A stretch of DNA of 54,662 nt, taken from a virus. Taxonomy: Duplodnaviria; Caudoviricetes. The stretch lies in the IMG/VR virus record IMGVR_UViG_3300043425_000063, positions 1 to 54,662 of that record; one strand, given 5' to 3'. Positions 53,279 to 54,662 of the stretch are shown here, piece by piece. The notes below the pieces were generated by a model, which worked only from the letters and a program-made list of their open reading frames with translations, made no database searches and had not been told where the DNA came from. The position numbers and the translations under genes were made by a program. Position 1 is the stretch's first letter. Every line of letters starts with the position of its first letter.

Positions 53279-54662
53279 TTACCTAACTTCTTGTTGAGGA
53301 GTATTGACAATGCTCCAAATACTCCTATCGACTCCGGCAACACGCTGTGCTCGCGGGCCAACATCGAGTTTGACCCCGTTGACTTCAACCTGATTGTTGA
53401 GAGTATCGACCACAAAAATATCGCCAAGACCATTGCTGTAAGTTACTTTACCATCCGAAGCACCCGTAGCGACAGCCTTAAAGCCAGCCAGTTTGAGTTT
53501 TTCTTCAGCAAGTTTAGTATTGCCTTTGATAACTTCGAGTTGGATTTCACGAGCAGTTTGAAGAACTTGTTTACTGGCTTCTTCTTCCCTACGCAGACCA
53601 GACTTAAATGCTTCTGTACCGCGCTCGGCTTGAATAGTTGCGAGTTGTTTGCGGTACTCAGCATCCACTTGTGTCTTAACGAGTAGTTCAATTTGCTTTC
53701 CGTCCAAACCAGCCTTAGCCACTTTACCGTTGATATACAAATCGAAGTTCCCATCAGGGCGTTGTAAGACTTGATGCGGTGCACCAGTAAACGTCGAGAG
53801 TACAGATAGGGCACGGCTGTAATTACCAGTCGTGGCTCCTTCATACACACCGATGTCGGCTTGGTTCTTGTATAGACCCATGTCAAGGGCTTGAATCTTG
53901 GCAGCAGCCTCAATAGCCTTATCGCCCATACCATACTGATTAAACAAAGTTACTTGGCGTTGCAAGATTGCACGCTGTTGTAGGGTCTGTTGAATCAGCG
54001 GATTGCGAGCAGACGGGTCAAGCGTAGCCGAGCCGTACATCGTGCCACCCTCAGCAGGCTTAACAATATTGGCGGCTGCATTGGCAACTTGTGTAGGTGT
54101 CCCGGTCTGTACAGCGGTGTTGAGCGTAGCCACAGGGTTCGTAGCAGCAGCCGCAGCAGGCGCACGAGGTGGCGTTGCAGAAGCAACTGCGGTAAGCGGA
54201 GTATCTTTGTTGAACCCAAGAGCAATACCGTTATCAAGAGTACGCATGTCGTACGGCTGTTTACCATTCTCTTTCTGAATGATGGCGGTAATCAACTGCT
54301 TCATAACCGCAGGGTCTTGTACGTTGATAACGTCCGTAGCCTTAACACCCAACGCCGTAGAGACATCTTTGATGTATGCACCAGTGAGGTTTCTATCAGA
54401 CTCAGGAGCCCAGCGACTGATAATGCCTTGAACAGTATTGATACCTTGCTGGTTGTAACTCAGCAAGTTCAGCGTCATTGCACGGATACCAGCCTCAGGT
54501 GAGGAGAACTGAACAAAGCCAGCAGCCTCTTTTGACCCTTTGTCGATACCCACTTGACCTTGCCATGTGTACTGATTGCTTGGGCGAATGTTGCCGGGGT
54601 TGTTGTTAGCAAGACCACGTACTGGTTTACCCTTAGCATCTAACTGCCAATCAGCATAACCT
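53279..54662 (-). CDS. 3' part of the junction-spanning ~743-aa ejection protein with lysozyme-like domain
   Basis: NNPGNIR..F.SPEAGIRA..IISRWAP..YI..V..ENG. Confidence 0.85.
   Translation of the reverse strand, partial: GYADWQLDAKGKPVRGLANNNPGNIRPSNQYTWQGQVGIDKGSKEAAGFVQFSSPEAGIRAMTLNLLSYNQQGINTVQGIISRWAPESDRNLTGAYIKDVSTALGVKATDVINVQDPAVMKQLITAIIQKENGKQPYDMRTLDNGIALGFNKDTPLTAVASATPPRAPAAAAATNPVATLNTAVQTGTPTQVANAAANIVKPAEGGTMYGSATLDPSARNPLIQQTLQQRAILQRQVTLFNQYGMGDKAIEAAAKIQALDMGLYKNQADIGVYEGATTGNYSRALSVLSTFTGAPHQVLQRPDGNFDLYINGKVAKAGLDGKQIELLVKTQVDAEYRKQLATIQAERGTEAFKSGLRREEEASKQVLQTAREIQLEVIKGNTKLAEEKLKLAGFKAVATGASDGKVTYSNGLGDIFVVDTLNNQVEVNGVKLDVGPRAQRVAGVDRSIWSIVNTPQQEVR
54471..54662. repeat. 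Terminal overlap, right copy
   Basis: Matches 1-192 with one mismatch. Confidence 0.95.

Overview
The window is an apparently complete, circularly assembled genome of a tailed dsDNA phage. It is about 54,470 bp: bases 1-192 repeat as 54471-54662 with one mismatch. The virion is podovirus-type and the host is probably a proteobacterium. Two arms diverge from a control region at about 24.0-25.7 kb. The minus-strand arm (24022 down to 1, continuing across the junction from 54470 to 44955) carries terminases, portal, scaffold, capsid, small basic proteins, adaptors, two paralogous tail fibres with a 2OG-Fe(II) oxygenase, a lysis cassette, the tail nozzle and P22-like ejection proteins ending in a 2771-aa polyvalent protein. 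The plus-strand arm (24359-44958) carries small early genes, a MoxR/VWA-peptidase module, an HslV-like Ntn peptidase, a family A DNA polymerase, Cas4-like and VRR nucleases, an SNF2 helicase, a putative SSB, an HTH protein and a primase-helicase. I saw no integrase, tRNA, CRISPR array or reverse transcriptase. The most striking observations are: (1) a small basic-protein gene with its own RBS overprinted inside the giant ejection gene; (2) four sliding-clamp-binding-like motifs plus MORN repeats in that protein; (3) a recurring 'stop codon + exactly 6 nt + GC hairpin' element, plus an rrn-like boxB-boxA leader; (4) a duplicated promoter-gene unit flanking an iteron/IHF array; (5) apparent genome-wide absence of GATC and AGCT. 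All family assignments come from motif recognition by eye, not from database searches.
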